Source: Candidatus Methanomethylicia archaeon (lineage in GTDB: Archaea; Thermoproteota; Methanomethylicia; CALHIW01). Taken from it: a stretch of 40,214 bases of DNA. The translations under genes were made by a program, and so were the position numbers. The DNA lies in the NCBI GenBank assembly GCA_038845975.1, contig JAWBQF010000024.1:1-40214 (forward strand). Direction: 5' to 3'. The notes below the pieces were generated by a model that saw only the letters and a list, made by a program, of their open reading frames with translations, was not told where the DNA came from and ran no database searches. Below are positions 30,747-40,214 of this stretch, piece after piece (position 1 is the stretch's first letter; each line of letters opens with the position of its first letter).

Positions 30747-31934
30747 TTTAAGCTCAACTTTCGATAGCTGTGTCAATACATGATTTCTTATCTCTCTTGC
30801 TGTTGGAAGCTTCCTAACAAGTTCACCATTTAATATGAAAGGTTTAAGTAATGGTTCCATTTTGTTTTTACAAATAGGACATTTATTAACTTCCTTACCA
30901 AAGGGATTTATTACATCATGAAAACAGCTTAGACATCTATAAACTTGCTTTCTTCCAGGCATTTTACCCCTCTTTGCTATAGGCTTACCATTCACTTCAA
31001 CTATATCAAATGCTAAATCTATAGATTTAGGAAATGATATAGCTGTACCTACACCAAAAATATCCACAATATCAGAAAGTTCCGATATTACATATTCATC
31101 AACACCACTACTAACGACTATTTTAACATGCTCATATCCATGAAGGTTAAGGGTCCATCTGATTTCTTCAACAATTTTCCTAATATCTCCCTTTCTTGAT
31201 TTGGGTGTATCTATTCTAACCCCGTAAAGTTTCATTCCAAGTGTTTGGGCTGCTTTTAATGCTTCTATTCTTTCATCAAACCAAGTGTCACAAAGCATAA
31301 TTCTAGGAATATCAGCAGGCATAATTTCATCAAAAGCTTTCCATGCATTAACTTGATCGCCGAAAATTATTATTAATTCATGAGGCATTGTACCGACGGG
31401 TTTTTCACCTATTAGTTTTGCACCGAGCACGCCAGAAACATAATCACATCCTCCTATGTATGCTGCTCTATCAACCATTGGAGCTATTGCTGGATGTACA
31501 GCTCTAATACCAAAATGAACGATGATTTTATCTCCTGCCGCTTTCTTACATCTAGCTGCTGCTGTAGCTATACTTGAATAATGTCTAAGAATGCCATCAA
31601 TAGCCGGTTCATAAACTCCTAAAGCTTCATATGGCCCTTCAATACTAAGTACTGGTTCATAGATTCTAAATATTGTTCCCTCATCCATTGCGTATACATT
31701 TACATTTTCTTTACCAATAAATAGATGAAGTACTTCTTCTAATCCTGCTAAAACAGCCCAATTATAGTTTGAGGGAAAAGAGTAAGCATGAACATCCATG
31801 ACAACTCTAGTATTAAGCAATCCTTTCTTGAGAAGGATTTCTACTGCACGTGAGTAATATATATCAGTAACGCTACCATTAATTATCTCATCGGGTAATG
31901 CTATGTAAAACTTACGATCTATATTCATAACCAT
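30741..31934 (-). CDS. pncB: nicotinate phosphoribosyltransferase
   Basis: TDIY, FGIRAVHP, GTMPH, GVRIDTP, FGVGT, AKRGK, C-terminal CxxC pairs. Confidence 0.93.
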   Translation of the reverse strand: MVMNIDRKFYIALPDEIINGSVTDIYYSRAVEILLKKGLLNTRVVMDVHAYSFPSNYNWAVLAGLEEVLHLFIGKENVNVYAMDEGTIFRIYEPVLSIEGPYEALGVYEPAIDGILRHYSSIATAAARCKKAAGDKIIVHFGIRAVHPAIAPMVDRAAYIGGCDYVSGVLGAKLIGEKPVGTMPHELIIIFGDQVNAWKAFDEIMPADIPRIMLCDTWFDERIEALKAAQTLGMKLYGVRIDTPKSRKGDIRKIVEEIRWTLNLHGYEHVKIVVSSGVDEYVISELSDIVDIFGVGTAISFPKSIDLAFDIVEVNGKPIAKRGKMPGRKQVYRCLSCFHDVINPFGKEVNKCPICKNKMEPLLKPFILNGELVRKLPTAREIRNHVLTQLSKVELKL

Positions 31935-31989
31935 CGGCTAAATTAGGTAGGTTAATATATTTAAATTTGTCGATAAAAGTAGGGGATAT

Positions 31990-32560
31990 GATAATTTAGT
32001 TTATCTTCTATGTGGTTGTAGTGTAGTATGAATAGTTTTATGATTAGGTTTATTCAATTGCTTTCTTATCATCTAGGATTTAGTTTATTTGGTTGACGTT
32101 GTTATTAATAATGTTTAGTTGTTACTGGATGGTGTCTTATTCTACTATACTTCTCTTACTGAAAGTTTTAACTATGATGGTTTAAGTTCTTCAGTAAGTT
32201 TAGAAAGCCATATGTACTACCAATGAAGAATACTAATCCCATCACAATATTTTTAAACCACATCGAGAATCATCGGATATCATGATATTTCTGTAGGATA
32301 GCTTTCAGCTATTACCTCACTCCCATCAATATCTAGTATAAATCCAACAATTCCCATCATTAGTCTTAACTTTAACCTCATCTATAGCTCTTATAAATCT
32401 GATAATTTATACCTACCCCAAAAGCTTACTCACTCTTACAACAACATCCTATAAACCTAAATAATACTTTAGAAACCCATTAAACTAACATCTACATGAA
32501 TACTATACCAGATTAACATCTAATAGAAGTTATTATATCTATTTGCTTAAAATGGTAAGT
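31990..32560 (-). pseudogene. heavily decayed transposase of a second IS6-like family
   Basis: Minus-strand fragments AIDEVKVKTNDGNCWIY (~32390-32340), DIDGSEVIA and TFSKRSIVE (~32166-32140). Confidence 0.55.
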
Positions 32561-32651
32561 ATAATTACTCTGACTATCACTACAACTCAAGCATCTAAGT
32601 GGAACTTAATATGATGTAGGTAATTCTATATCTCTAAATGGGTTTAGATTA

Positions 32652-32712
32652 GGCCTCAGTTACCCAAGGATTCTTCATTTTTCCGTAGGTAGGCATGACT
32701 TTCTTCATTGGC
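32652..32712 (-). ncRNA. box C/D guide sRNA candidate
   Basis: GCCA-ATGAAGA (C)-AAGTCATGCCTACCTA-CGGA (D')-AAA-ATGAAGA (C')-ATCCTTGGGTAA-CTGA (D)-GGC, with terminal GCC/GGC stem. Confidence 0.65.
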
Positions 32713-32760
32713 AAACTATATTACTAGATTAAGCTCTAAAATTTAACTACTATATTATGC

Positions 32761-32980
32761 AACTTTGTGAACTTAAGCACGTCTACTATTTCTATACTGT
32801 ATTCATTATTTAAGTTGGAATGGACTGCTAATCGTAGAAACTTAAACACTTCTGGCTGCCAATTGGTTTCCGCGAATTAAACCATTAATTGTAATGTTTG
32901 CACCTAAGCTTGTAAGGCATCGTTTTTATGAATAAGAGTAAAAGAATTACTCTTTATAGCAAGCTAAAGTTTACAAGGCA
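32761..32980. mobile_element. decayed MITE with IS6-like ends
   Basis: Left end ACTTTGTGAACTTAAGCAC resembles GGCTTTGTTAACTTAAGCAT; right end CTAAAGTTTACAAGGC resembles CTAAAGTTAACAAAGC. Confidence 0.5.
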
Positions 32981-32996
32981 GTTTTATGTATGAGTA

Positions 32997-33056
32997 ACTT
33001 TGTAAAATTACATGGATGATTTTATTTACATGTAGTATAGCTTAATTTTACAAAGT
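32997..33056. repeat. perfect 14-bp inverted repeat with 32-bp spacer
   Basis: ACTTTGTAAAATTA (32997-33010) and TAATTTTACAAAGT (33043-33056). Confidence 0.8.
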
Positions 33057-33129
33057 ATTCTGCTTTATGGAAAGATTTATAAAAGAGAAGCTATAGAAAT
33101 TTTAAGAATTAAAACAAGGGTTTTAGATT

Positions 33130-33858
33130 ATGTTTAGCCCTAGCACTATGGGATATGATCGAGCAATAACTGTGTTTTCACCTGATGGTAGATTATTTCA
33201 AGTTGAATATGCACTTGAGGCTGTTAGGAAAGGATGGACAACTATAGGTATTCTTTGTCCTGATGGAGTTATATTAGCTGTTGAAAAAAGAAGACCATCA
33301 CAATTAATAACACCAACTTCAATGGAGAAAATACATAAAATAGATGAACATATAGGTGTCGCATTTGCTGGATTGGCTTTTGATGCTAGAGTGCTTATTG
33401 ATCAAGCTAGAATATATGCTCAAAGCTATCGTTTAACATATGGCGAATCTATAGATGTTGAGCTTCTAACTAAATGGGTATGTGATATTAAACAAGCATA
33501 TACACAACATGCTGGAGTAAGGCCATTTGGAGTATCATTTATAATTGGTGGTGTTGACTCAACTGGACCTAGACTCTTTGGAACAGAGCCTGGAGGAGCT
33601 TATGTAGATAGTTATGCGTATGCTATTGGTATTGGTGGGCAGGTTGCAACGGATTATCTTGATAAGCATTATAGACATGATTTAAGCCTTGATGATGCGC
33701 TTATACTTGCTGTTCAAACGCTAAATAAAGCAATTGAAGGAGGAGTGGAGTCTGAAAGAATTGAAATGGCTGTAATTAAGACATCAACTAAGAAATTCGA
33801 AAAATTATCGCATGATGTTGTTAAAAAATATATTGAAGAGGTTAAGAAGGAAAAGTAG
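33130..33858 (+). CDS. psmA: proteasome alpha subunit
   Basis: YDRAITVFSPDGRLFQVEYA signature; RPFGVS. Confidence 0.98.
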   Translation: MFSPSTMGYDRAITVFSPDGRLFQVEYALEAVRKGWTTIGILCPDGVILAVEKRRPSQLITPTSMEKIHKIDEHIGVAFAGLAFDARVLIDQARIYAQSYRLTYGESIDVELLTKWVCDIKQAYTQHAGVRPFGVSFIIGGVDSTGPRLFGTEPGGAYVDSYAYAIGIGGQVATDYLDKHYRHDLSLDDALILAVQTLNKAIEGGVESERIEMAVIKTSTKKFEKLSHDVVKKYIEEVKKEK

Positions 33859-33872
33859 AGCTGAATTAAACC

Positions 33873-34565
33873 ATGAAGGATAAGTATGTAATAGCAAGAT
33901 ATGATTCTCAAGGAGAACATTTTGAGCTTATTGTAGATCCGAATAAAGCATTCGATTACAAAATGGGTAAAAGAATAAATTTATCAGAAATTCTTATTTC
34001 TGATGAAATATATAAAGACGCTAAAAAAGGACTTAAAGCTTCTGAAGAATCATTAATAAAAGTTTTTAAAACATTAGATGTAAGTAAAATAGCATCTACA
34101 ATATTGTTAAAGGGGCAGGTTCCATTAACAGCTGAACAGAGACAAAAACTTATAGATGTTAAAAGAAAACAGATAATAGCTTTCATATCTAAAAACTGTA
34201 TAGATCCACGCACAAATTTACCACATCCACCGACAAGAATTGAACTAGCAATTAATGAAACACATATCTCAATAGATCCATTTAGAGATGTTGAAGAACA
34301 AGCAATAGAAGTCATAAAGGCCTTAAGAGCAGTTCTACCGCTTAAGGTAGCACAAGTAATAGCTAAGGTTAAAATACCTCAAAAATATGCTTCTAAAGCA
34401 CAACCAATAATCTCAAAACTTGGTGAATTGAAAAAATCTAACTGGCTAGATGATGGAGGGTGGCAAGGTGAAGTTGAAATACCTGCAGGAATGCAGATTG
34501 AATTTATTGAAAAAGTAAACTCTCTAACTCATGGTGAAGCTGAAATTCAAATAATCAGAGGATAA
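33873..34565 (+). CDS. ribosome maturation factor SBDS/Sdo1
   Basis: GEHFELIVDP, DAKKG, IDPRTNLPHPPTRIE. Confidence 0.95.
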   Translation: MKDKYVIARYDSQGEHFELIVDPNKAFDYKMGKRINLSEILISDEIYKDAKKGLKASEESLIKVFKTLDVSKIASTILLKGQVPLTAEQRQKLIDVKRKQIIAFISKNCIDPRTNLPHPPTRIELAINETHISIDPFRDVEEQAIEVIKALRAVLPLKVAQVIAKVKIPQKYASKAQPIISKLGELKKSNWLDDGGWQGEVEIPAGMQIEFIEKVNSLTHGEAEIQIIRG

Positions 34566-34573
34566 ATGTCAAT

Positions 34574-35272
34574 ATGCCTATTTACTTTAATTCAAGACAG
34601 ATCGTTATACCTGGAGACTTGCTTGCAGAAAATGGTTATCAAGCAGGACTAAACACATATAAAATTGAAAATAGAATATATGCATATACAGTTGGTTTAC
34701 TCGAAATCAAAGGAAATAGAATTGACATTATACCAATTCATGGATGTTATGTACCTAAAGCTGGAGATATGGTTATTGGTAAAATAATTGATTATGGCTC
34801 TAATATGTGGGCTGTAGATATAAACTCACCATATTTAGGTGTTTTAACAATATCAGAAGCCCTATCAAAACCTATAAATCCTTTTAAAAATAATCTTCTT
34901 AAATACCTAAATATTGGAGACTTCATTAAAGCTAAAGTAATAGCCTTTGATAAAACAAGGGATGCTGCTTTAACGATCAAAGAGCAGGGATTAGGAAAAA
35001 TTAATAAAGGATTTATTTTAACGATAGAACCAACAAAAATTCCACGAGTAATTGGTAAAAAGGGATCTATGCTTACGGTTCTAAAAAGCAAATTAAATGG
35101 ACATATTGAAGTTGGAAAAAATGGTAGAATATGGATTGTTCCTAAACGTCAGGAAGATAGTTTCTTATATATAAAGATCCTTAAGAAAATTGAAGAGGAA
35201 GCTCACATTTCAGGATTAACAGATCGAATAACTAAATACATAGCTGAAACGTTAAGAAGTACATATATCTAA
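34574..35272 (+). CDS. rrp4: exosome RNA-binding subunit Rrp4
   Basis: VIPGD, YVPKAGDMVIG (S1), PRVIGKKGSM (KH), GKNGRIW, AHISGLTDRI. Confidence 0.95.
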   Translation: MPIYFNSRQIVIPGDLLAENGYQAGLNTYKIENRIYAYTVGLLEIKGNRIDIIPIHGCYVPKAGDMVIGKIIDYGSNMWAVDINSPYLGVLTISEALSKPINPFKNNLLKYLNIGDFIKAKVIAFDKTRDAALTIKEQGLGKINKGFILTIEPTKIPRVIGKKGSMLTVLKSKLNGHIEVGKNGRIWIVPKRQEDSFLYIKILKKIEEEAHISGLTDRITKYIAETLRSTYI

Positions 35273-36290
35273 CCTAGTAAAATTCATTATTAAGTAATCA
35301 CAACATACCTATCGACTTTTTCCATCTTCAAAAACCAAGTCAATCAATGTTTGTCAAATTGTACATATTCATCATATTATATTGTAGAATTGTATAAACT
35401 TAACTGATAGAAGTAGTTTTTAATTTTGATAAATGCTATATACTTTCTTTCTACAACCTTTTATATAGCGCTTAATGTTACATGTTATAACTTACCATGA
35501 AGCATAGTTTCCATACATAATTCAACAACTCTATAAAAATCTAAATTTAAGATATTATATTCATGGAATTGCTAATTACTAAAATAGAATAGATCTAATT
35601 ATATATTACTCTACTAAAACTCATAACATGAATAAACATGTTAACAGAAACTCATAGATCAAGTATGGAAACACTATAGTTCTTTACAAACTCACCATTT
35701 TCAATTATTATATTACTTTAAAATACAATTCTCAGTCTTGATTAAATCAATAACTTATAATTTAGTATTTTGTTTACATTGAAGCTTATTGTGAAACTAT
35801 TTATTCTTTACGTCTTCTGGTAGTATGGTTGTTGCTAATTTATTAGAGATATGTATTCATTGGCATTTAGGCTGTAGGTTTGAATGTTAGGTTGAGTGCT
35901 AAAAGGATTGTTAAGATTATTAGGATATTCGATTTTCCAATGGTGCTTGCTATATTAAGTATGGTAAGATTTATGAGAAACTTTATGGGCAAGGTTACCA
36001 TAAGCTTATAAATGCTGGCTAATAATCTTACAAGTTTTGGAGATGAAGTAAAGAGTGGATACTAATGGACTGCTAGACTTGACATCACATCACTATAATG
36101 TTTCAAGTTATTTGCCAAATTGCAGTCTTAATTTCGATGTGCTTTACCAATTACAATTTACTAAATTTTATTCGAATACTATAGCGTAATTGTTAGAGTA
36201 TGTTAAACTAAGATTGTAAATCAGCAAATTCGCAAAATACATAGCTCCTATAATAGGAATACTTATAAATCACCTCAACTATCACATGGT

Positions 36291-37046
36291 ATGTTTAGAG
36301 AAAATAATAAGAGTGTAGAGAAGATTCCTCTTCTAATAAATGAGGAAGGCATAAGGCTTGATGGACGTAGAGCTGAAGAACTCAGACCAATTAAAATTGA
36401 AATAGGAGTACTTGGAAATGCTGATGGATCGGCATTTATTCAACATGGAGAGAATAAAATATTAGCTGCAGTATATGGTCCAAGAGAAACGTATCAAAAA
36501 CATGTTTTATCACCTGAAAAAGCAATATTAAGATGTAGATATCATATGGCTCCATTTTCAGTTCCAGAAAGAAAATCGCCGGCACCAGGTAGAAGGGAAA
36601 TTGAGCTTTCAAAAGTTATTAGGGAAGCACTTGAGCCTGCAATATTTCTTGAGAATTATCCTAGAACGGTTATAGATGTATTCATAGAGGTACTTGAGGC
36701 ACAGGGAAGTACAAGATGTGCTGGTATAAATGCTGCTTCATTAGCTCTTGCAGATGCAGGTATACCGATTAGGGATCTTGTTACTGCATGTTCCGTAGGT
36801 AAAGTTAATGGAAAAATAGTTCTTGATTTAACTGATTTAGAAGACCAATATGGAGAAGCTGATATGCCGGTAGCTATGCTTGTAAAATGGAATGAAATTA
36901 CATTATTGCAAATGGATGGAGAATTTACACTTGATGAGTTTAAAAAGGCTTTAAGTCTTGCTACCAAAGGCTGTGAAAAGATATATGAACTACAGAGAGA
37001 AGCATTAAGAAGTAAGTATTCGTCACAATCCAATATGGGGCAATAA
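36291..37046 (+). CDS. rrp41: exosome catalytic subunit Rrp41
   Basis: [39 protein letters not shown]. Confidence 0.97.
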   Translation: MFRENNKSVEKIPLLINEEGIRLDGRRAEELRPIKIEIGVLGNADGSAFIQHGENKILAAVYGPRETYQKHVLSPEKAILRCRYHMAPFSVPERKSPAPGRREIELSKVIREALEPAIFLENYPRTVIDVFIEVLEAQGSTRCAGINAASLALADAGIPIRDLVTACSVGKVNGKIVLDLTDLEDQYGEADMPVAMLVKWNEITLLQMDGEFTLDEFKKALSLATKGCEKIYELQREALRSKYSSQSNMGQ

Positions 37047-37048
37047 CT

Positions 37049-37849
37049 ATGAACAGTACAGTTTCAAATCTTGAAAGAGCGCACATTATTGAACTTATAA
37101 AAAATGGTAAGAGAATTGATAATAGAGGTTTTGAACAATACAGGAATATTTCCATTAAAACTAATATTATAACGAAAGCTAATGGATCAGCTCAAGTAAA
37201 ACTTGGAGAAACATACGTTATAGCTGGTGTAAAAGCTGAAGTAGGAACTCCATTTCCAGATGAGCCTAATAAGGGTGCATTCACAATTAATGCTGAGTTC
37301 CTACCATTAGCTTCACCAGTATTTGAGCCTGGACCCCCTGATGAGAACTCAATAGAACTTGCAAGAGTTGTAGATCGTGGTATTAGAGAATCAAAAACAA
37401 TACCTACTGAAGAACTGTGCATAATACCTGGAAGAAAAGTTTGGTTATTGTGGATTGATCTTTACATACTTAACCATGATGGAAATCTAATAGATGCATC
37501 TGCAATAGCAGCGTTGTCCGCTCTTGCAACAGCAAAGATACCCTGTATTGATGTAAGTGGAGATCAAATTAAAATATTGGATGAAAAAAGAAATCTAAAT
37601 ATAAAATCTTTTCCAGTAACCATGACATTTTCAAAAATCGACGAGCAAATAATTCTCGATCCATGCTTAGCTGAAGAAGAGGTACAAAGCTGTAGATTAA
37701 CTGTTACTATAACAGAGAATGGAAATATCTGTTCTTTACAGAAAGGCTTAAATGGATGCTTTAAACCTGCTGAGGTACTTAAAATAGTTGAGATCTCCTA
37801 TAAAGAGGCTCCTGCAATCAGAGAAATAATAAAAAGCATGGTGAAATAG
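37049..37849 (+). CDS. rrp42: exosome subunit Rrp42
   Basis: ANGSA, PFPD, FEPGPPDE, ELARVVDRGIRES, DGNLIDA. Confidence 0.97.
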   Translation: MNSTVSNLERAHIIELIKNGKRIDNRGFEQYRNISIKTNIITKANGSAQVKLGETYVIAGVKAEVGTPFPDEPNKGAFTINAEFLPLASPVFEPGPPDENSIELARVVDRGIRESKTIPTEELCIIPGRKVWLLWIDLYILNHDGNLIDASAIAALSALATAKIPCIDVSGDQIKILDEKRNLNIKSFPVTMTFSKIDEQIILDPCLAEEEVQSCRLTVTITENGNICSLQKGLNGCFKPAEVLKIVEISYKEAPAIREIIKSMVK

Positions 37850-37851
37850 CA

Positions 37852-38091
37852 ATGGTTATAGATGTAAAAAGTTTTGGTCCGAGATATGGAGCTGGTGTAC
37901 GAAAAAAATACAAGAAAATAATTGATAAAATGAAGGAACCAGCTCGTTGTCCATATTGTGACAAAGTAGTAATATTGAGAAGAATTAGTGTAGGTATATG
38001 GCAATGTAAGAAATGTAATACGATATTTACTGGTGGAGCTTACACTCCAAGAACAACTTTGGGTAAAACCTTTATGCATGGAGAAAGGTAA
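37852..38091 (+). CDS. rpl37ae: 50S ribosomal protein eL43 (L37Ae)
   Basis: FGPRYG, CPYC, GIWQCKKC, FTGGAY. Confidence 0.96.
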   Translation: MVIDVKSFGPRYGAGVRKKYKKIIDKMKEPARCPYCDKVVILRRISVGIWQCKKCNTIFTGGAYTPRTTLGKTFMHGER

Positions 38092-38144
38092 AGTATAACT
38101 AAATTAAATTTGACATTTTAAATTCATGACTAAATAGTTAAATA

Positions 38145-38690
38145 ATGAATAGAATATTAATAACTACTTCACATAAACCTTCAAAAAGAGTTAGAAGCTT
38201 TATAAACGATTTAAGACTAGTTATTCCAAATTCTGTTAGAATTAATAGAGGGAAAATGGGATTACGTAACGTCATGATAACTGCATTAAAAAATCAATGT
38301 GATAGAATAGTTATTGTAAATAGATGGAAAGGTAATCCTGGAAAAATTTGTTTTTATAAACTATCCTCTAAAAATACCTATATTCAAGTAGACCCAGTAG
38401 TATACATATCTAGTGTAAAACTTATTAGGGAAATTAAAGATAGGGTATATTTCAGACCTAAGGAAATCATTATGGATGTAGATAGCAATAATAAAACTTT
38501 GATTGATTTTGGAAATATGCTGTCTAATGCCCTAAACATTAAAAAACAGAATCAAACAAATCTTTACGTTAGAATTAAGATAAAGGAATCACAGAATTTT
38601 TTTTGTACAATTCTATTTGTAAAAGACAATACAGATATGCTATGTGGTCCTATTATTAATGTGAGACATATATGTCGACTAAAGAATTAA
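38145..38690 (+). CDS. Brix-domain (Imp4-like) ribosome biogenesis protein
   Basis: ITTSHKPSKRVRSF, NRGK, KGNPG, GP at C-terminus; position in exosome operon. Confidence 0.88.
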   Translation: MNRILITTSHKPSKRVRSFINDLRLVIPNSVRINRGKMGLRNVMITALKNQCDRIVIVNRWKGNPGKICFYKLSSKNTYIQVDPVVYISSVKLIREIKDRVYFRPKEIIMDVDSNNKTLIDFGNMLSNALNIKKQNQTNLYVRIKIKESQNFFCTILFVKDNTDMLCGPIINVRHICRLKN

Positions 38691-38932
38691 GAAAGATAAC
38701 TGTAGAAATACCTTTTAAAAATGAAGATACTGCTTTAATTATTTATAAATCCATATTACCGGAAATTACAAATAAAAAATCAAGAAGAAATCAAGTTAAA
38801 GCAAAAATCAAGAATAACAAGATTATTTTAGCATTTTATTCAAGAAAGACAACTATGATTAGAGCATTATGGAACTCATATATTAGATGGATATTATCAA
38901 TAGTTAAGGTCTTAGAAGTACTTAGTCAATAA
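38672..38932 (+). CDS. pcc1: KEOPS complex subunit Pcc1
   Basis: A..IYKSILPE and RALWNSYIRW pattern; synteny after Brix. Confidence 0.85.
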   Translation: MSTKELRKITVEIPFKNEDTALIIYKSILPEITNKKSRRNQVKAKIKNNKIILAFYSRKTTMIRALWNSYIRWILSIVKVLEVLSQ

Positions 38933-39242
38933 TTTATTTAAGACATTAGTATTTTGAAGGTTTACTTCGCTATTTATGGAGCTTTACAGATTAATATTTC
39001 TCATTACTCTTTAATAGGATTTTGTTTAATTAATGTTATTTACTTTACGCTAAGATTTCTCGTATTTTATATAAAATTGAACTTAGAATTTCAGAATTAA
39101 GTTGTAAGCAATTTATGGATTTGATGAGGCTTGTCAGCTTTGTAAACTTTATATGTGGAGGTATATGTGGTTGAGGCTTGAGTTTACGAGACGACAAAGT
39201 AACATAAGAAAGTATTTAAGTATCCCAAACTAAGAGTTTAAG

Positions 39243-39962
39243 GTGTTATTAATGTTAAATGAAGCTTTAAAGTTAATTAAGTTAGCATATGAAGACGGTA
39301 GAACTTTTCTTCTTGAACATGAAGCGAAATCTCTATGTATGCTATATAACATCCCAACAACTTTATTTAAGGTTGCACAGGATGTGGATGAAGCTTTACA
39401 AGCAGCTCGAGAGATAGGATATCCTGTTGTTATTAAAATTATTTCAAGAGATATCATACATAAGTCTGATGTTGGTGGAGTTATTGTTAACATTAGAAGT
39501 GATGAAGAAGCTATTAATGCATGTAAAATAATCGAGAATAATGTATTAAGACATAATCCAAATGCGAAAATTGATGGCTTTCTAGTAGAGAAGATGGCTC
39601 AGCCTACGACCGAAGTTATAGTTGGTATGATTAAGGACCCTCAATTTGGACCAGCTATAATGTTTGGGCTTGGAGGTATATTTGTTGAAGTTCTTAAAGA
39701 TGTATCGTTTAGAGTAGTTCCATTAACAAGATATGATGCTGAGGAAATGATTAAAGAAATTAAGGCCTATCCCATTTTAAAAGGTATTCGTGGAAGACCA
39801 CCGGCAGATATTGAAGCTCTAATCAATATAATACTAAACGTATCAAAAATGTCCTCTGAAATAAGTGAAATAAATCAAATAGATCTTAATCCAATATTTA
39901 CTTATCCTAAAGGAGCCATAACTGTTGATGCAAGGATAATACTTGAAAAAAGACAACTATAA
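39243..39962 (+). CDS. acdB: ADP-forming acyl-CoA synthetase beta subunit (ATP-grasp)
   Basis: LLEHEAK, GYPVVIK, HKSDVGGV, DPQFGP, FGLGGIFVE, DLNP, VDAR. Confidence 0.93.
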   Translation: MLLMLNEALKLIKLAYEDGRTFLLEHEAKSLCMLYNIPTTLFKVAQDVDEALQAAREIGYPVVIKIISRDIIHKSDVGGVIVNIRSDEEAINACKIIENNVLRHNPNAKIDGFLVEKMAQPTTEVIVGMIKDPQFGPAIMFGLGGIFVEVLKDVSFRVVPLTRYDAEEMIKEIKAYPILKGIRGRPPADIEALINIILNVSKMSSEISEINQIDLNPIFTYPKGAITVDARIILEKRQL

Positions 39963-40214
39963 TCCAATGTTTAGCTCGAATTTCCATGATTTTAGTACTT
40001 ACTTAAGATCAGAAAACTACAATCTGTTAAATAGTTAAAAACTATCAGTATGATACTGTTACTTTTAGGTTTATGTTATTGCTGGTGGTTTTCCTATGGT
40101 TTGATGAGGTCTTATCCAGTTATACCAGAGGATGAAGAAGTTTAGGAATAGGTTGATCTTTATGAGTTTCTTGTCTGAAGTTGTGTAGAATCTTTGTTCG
40201 ATCCTTAATTGTTC

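Noticed and set aside
1563-39493. Short antisense ORFs in the track (e.g. 1563, 4553, 13242, 15786, 16464, 17208, 19964, 20692, 23069, 25175, 26263, 28900, 29621, 33714, 33956, 34792, 36656, 36961, 37192, 37798, 39230)
   Set aside because: Shadow frames opposite well-supported genes or IS remnants, with no recognisable motifs.
40100-40180. Box C/D-like motifs (TTGATGA..CAGA GGATGA..TTGA)
   Set aside because: Over-long guides, degenerate boxes, no terminal stem; lies in a GT-rich IS-like tract.
1-40214. CRISPR array, cas genes, rRNA, inteins
   Set aside because: No regularly spaced direct repeats and no long GC-rich RNA gene. MCM and Cdc6 have normal lengths.

Overview
AT-rich chromosomal window from an archaeon, by inference a TACK/Thermoproteota lineage (GINS23-MCM pair, Orc1-2-like Cdc6, tRNA with non-canonical introns). 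It also carries methanogen-associated genes (SepCysS, F420-dependent NADP oxidoreductase). Most of it is housekeeping: an ECF transporter module, DHH nuclease, prefoldin beta, Cdc6, GPN GTPase, a tRNA-maturation cluster (Trm11, RNase Z, ThpR, CCA enzyme), PurB, MCM/GINS, malic enzyme, YchF, PncB, a proteasome-exosome superoperon and AcdB. Many long intergenic gaps hold decayed IS elements (IS6, IS5, IS1595) and MITE-like derivatives. The most notable signals are absent from the ORF track: (1) a tRNA-Pro(GGG) with a clean BHB intron at 29/30, an apparent intron at 7/8, and a duplicate of its acceptor strand just upstream; (2) two box C/D sRNA candidates, one predicted to guide Cm34 of tRNA-Leu(CAA); (3) an Lsm/Sm-winged-helix fusion gene beside that sRNA and Cdc6; (4) signs of a ~31-34 kb inversion that split pcc1 from pfdB. 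All calls were made by eye, with no database searches.
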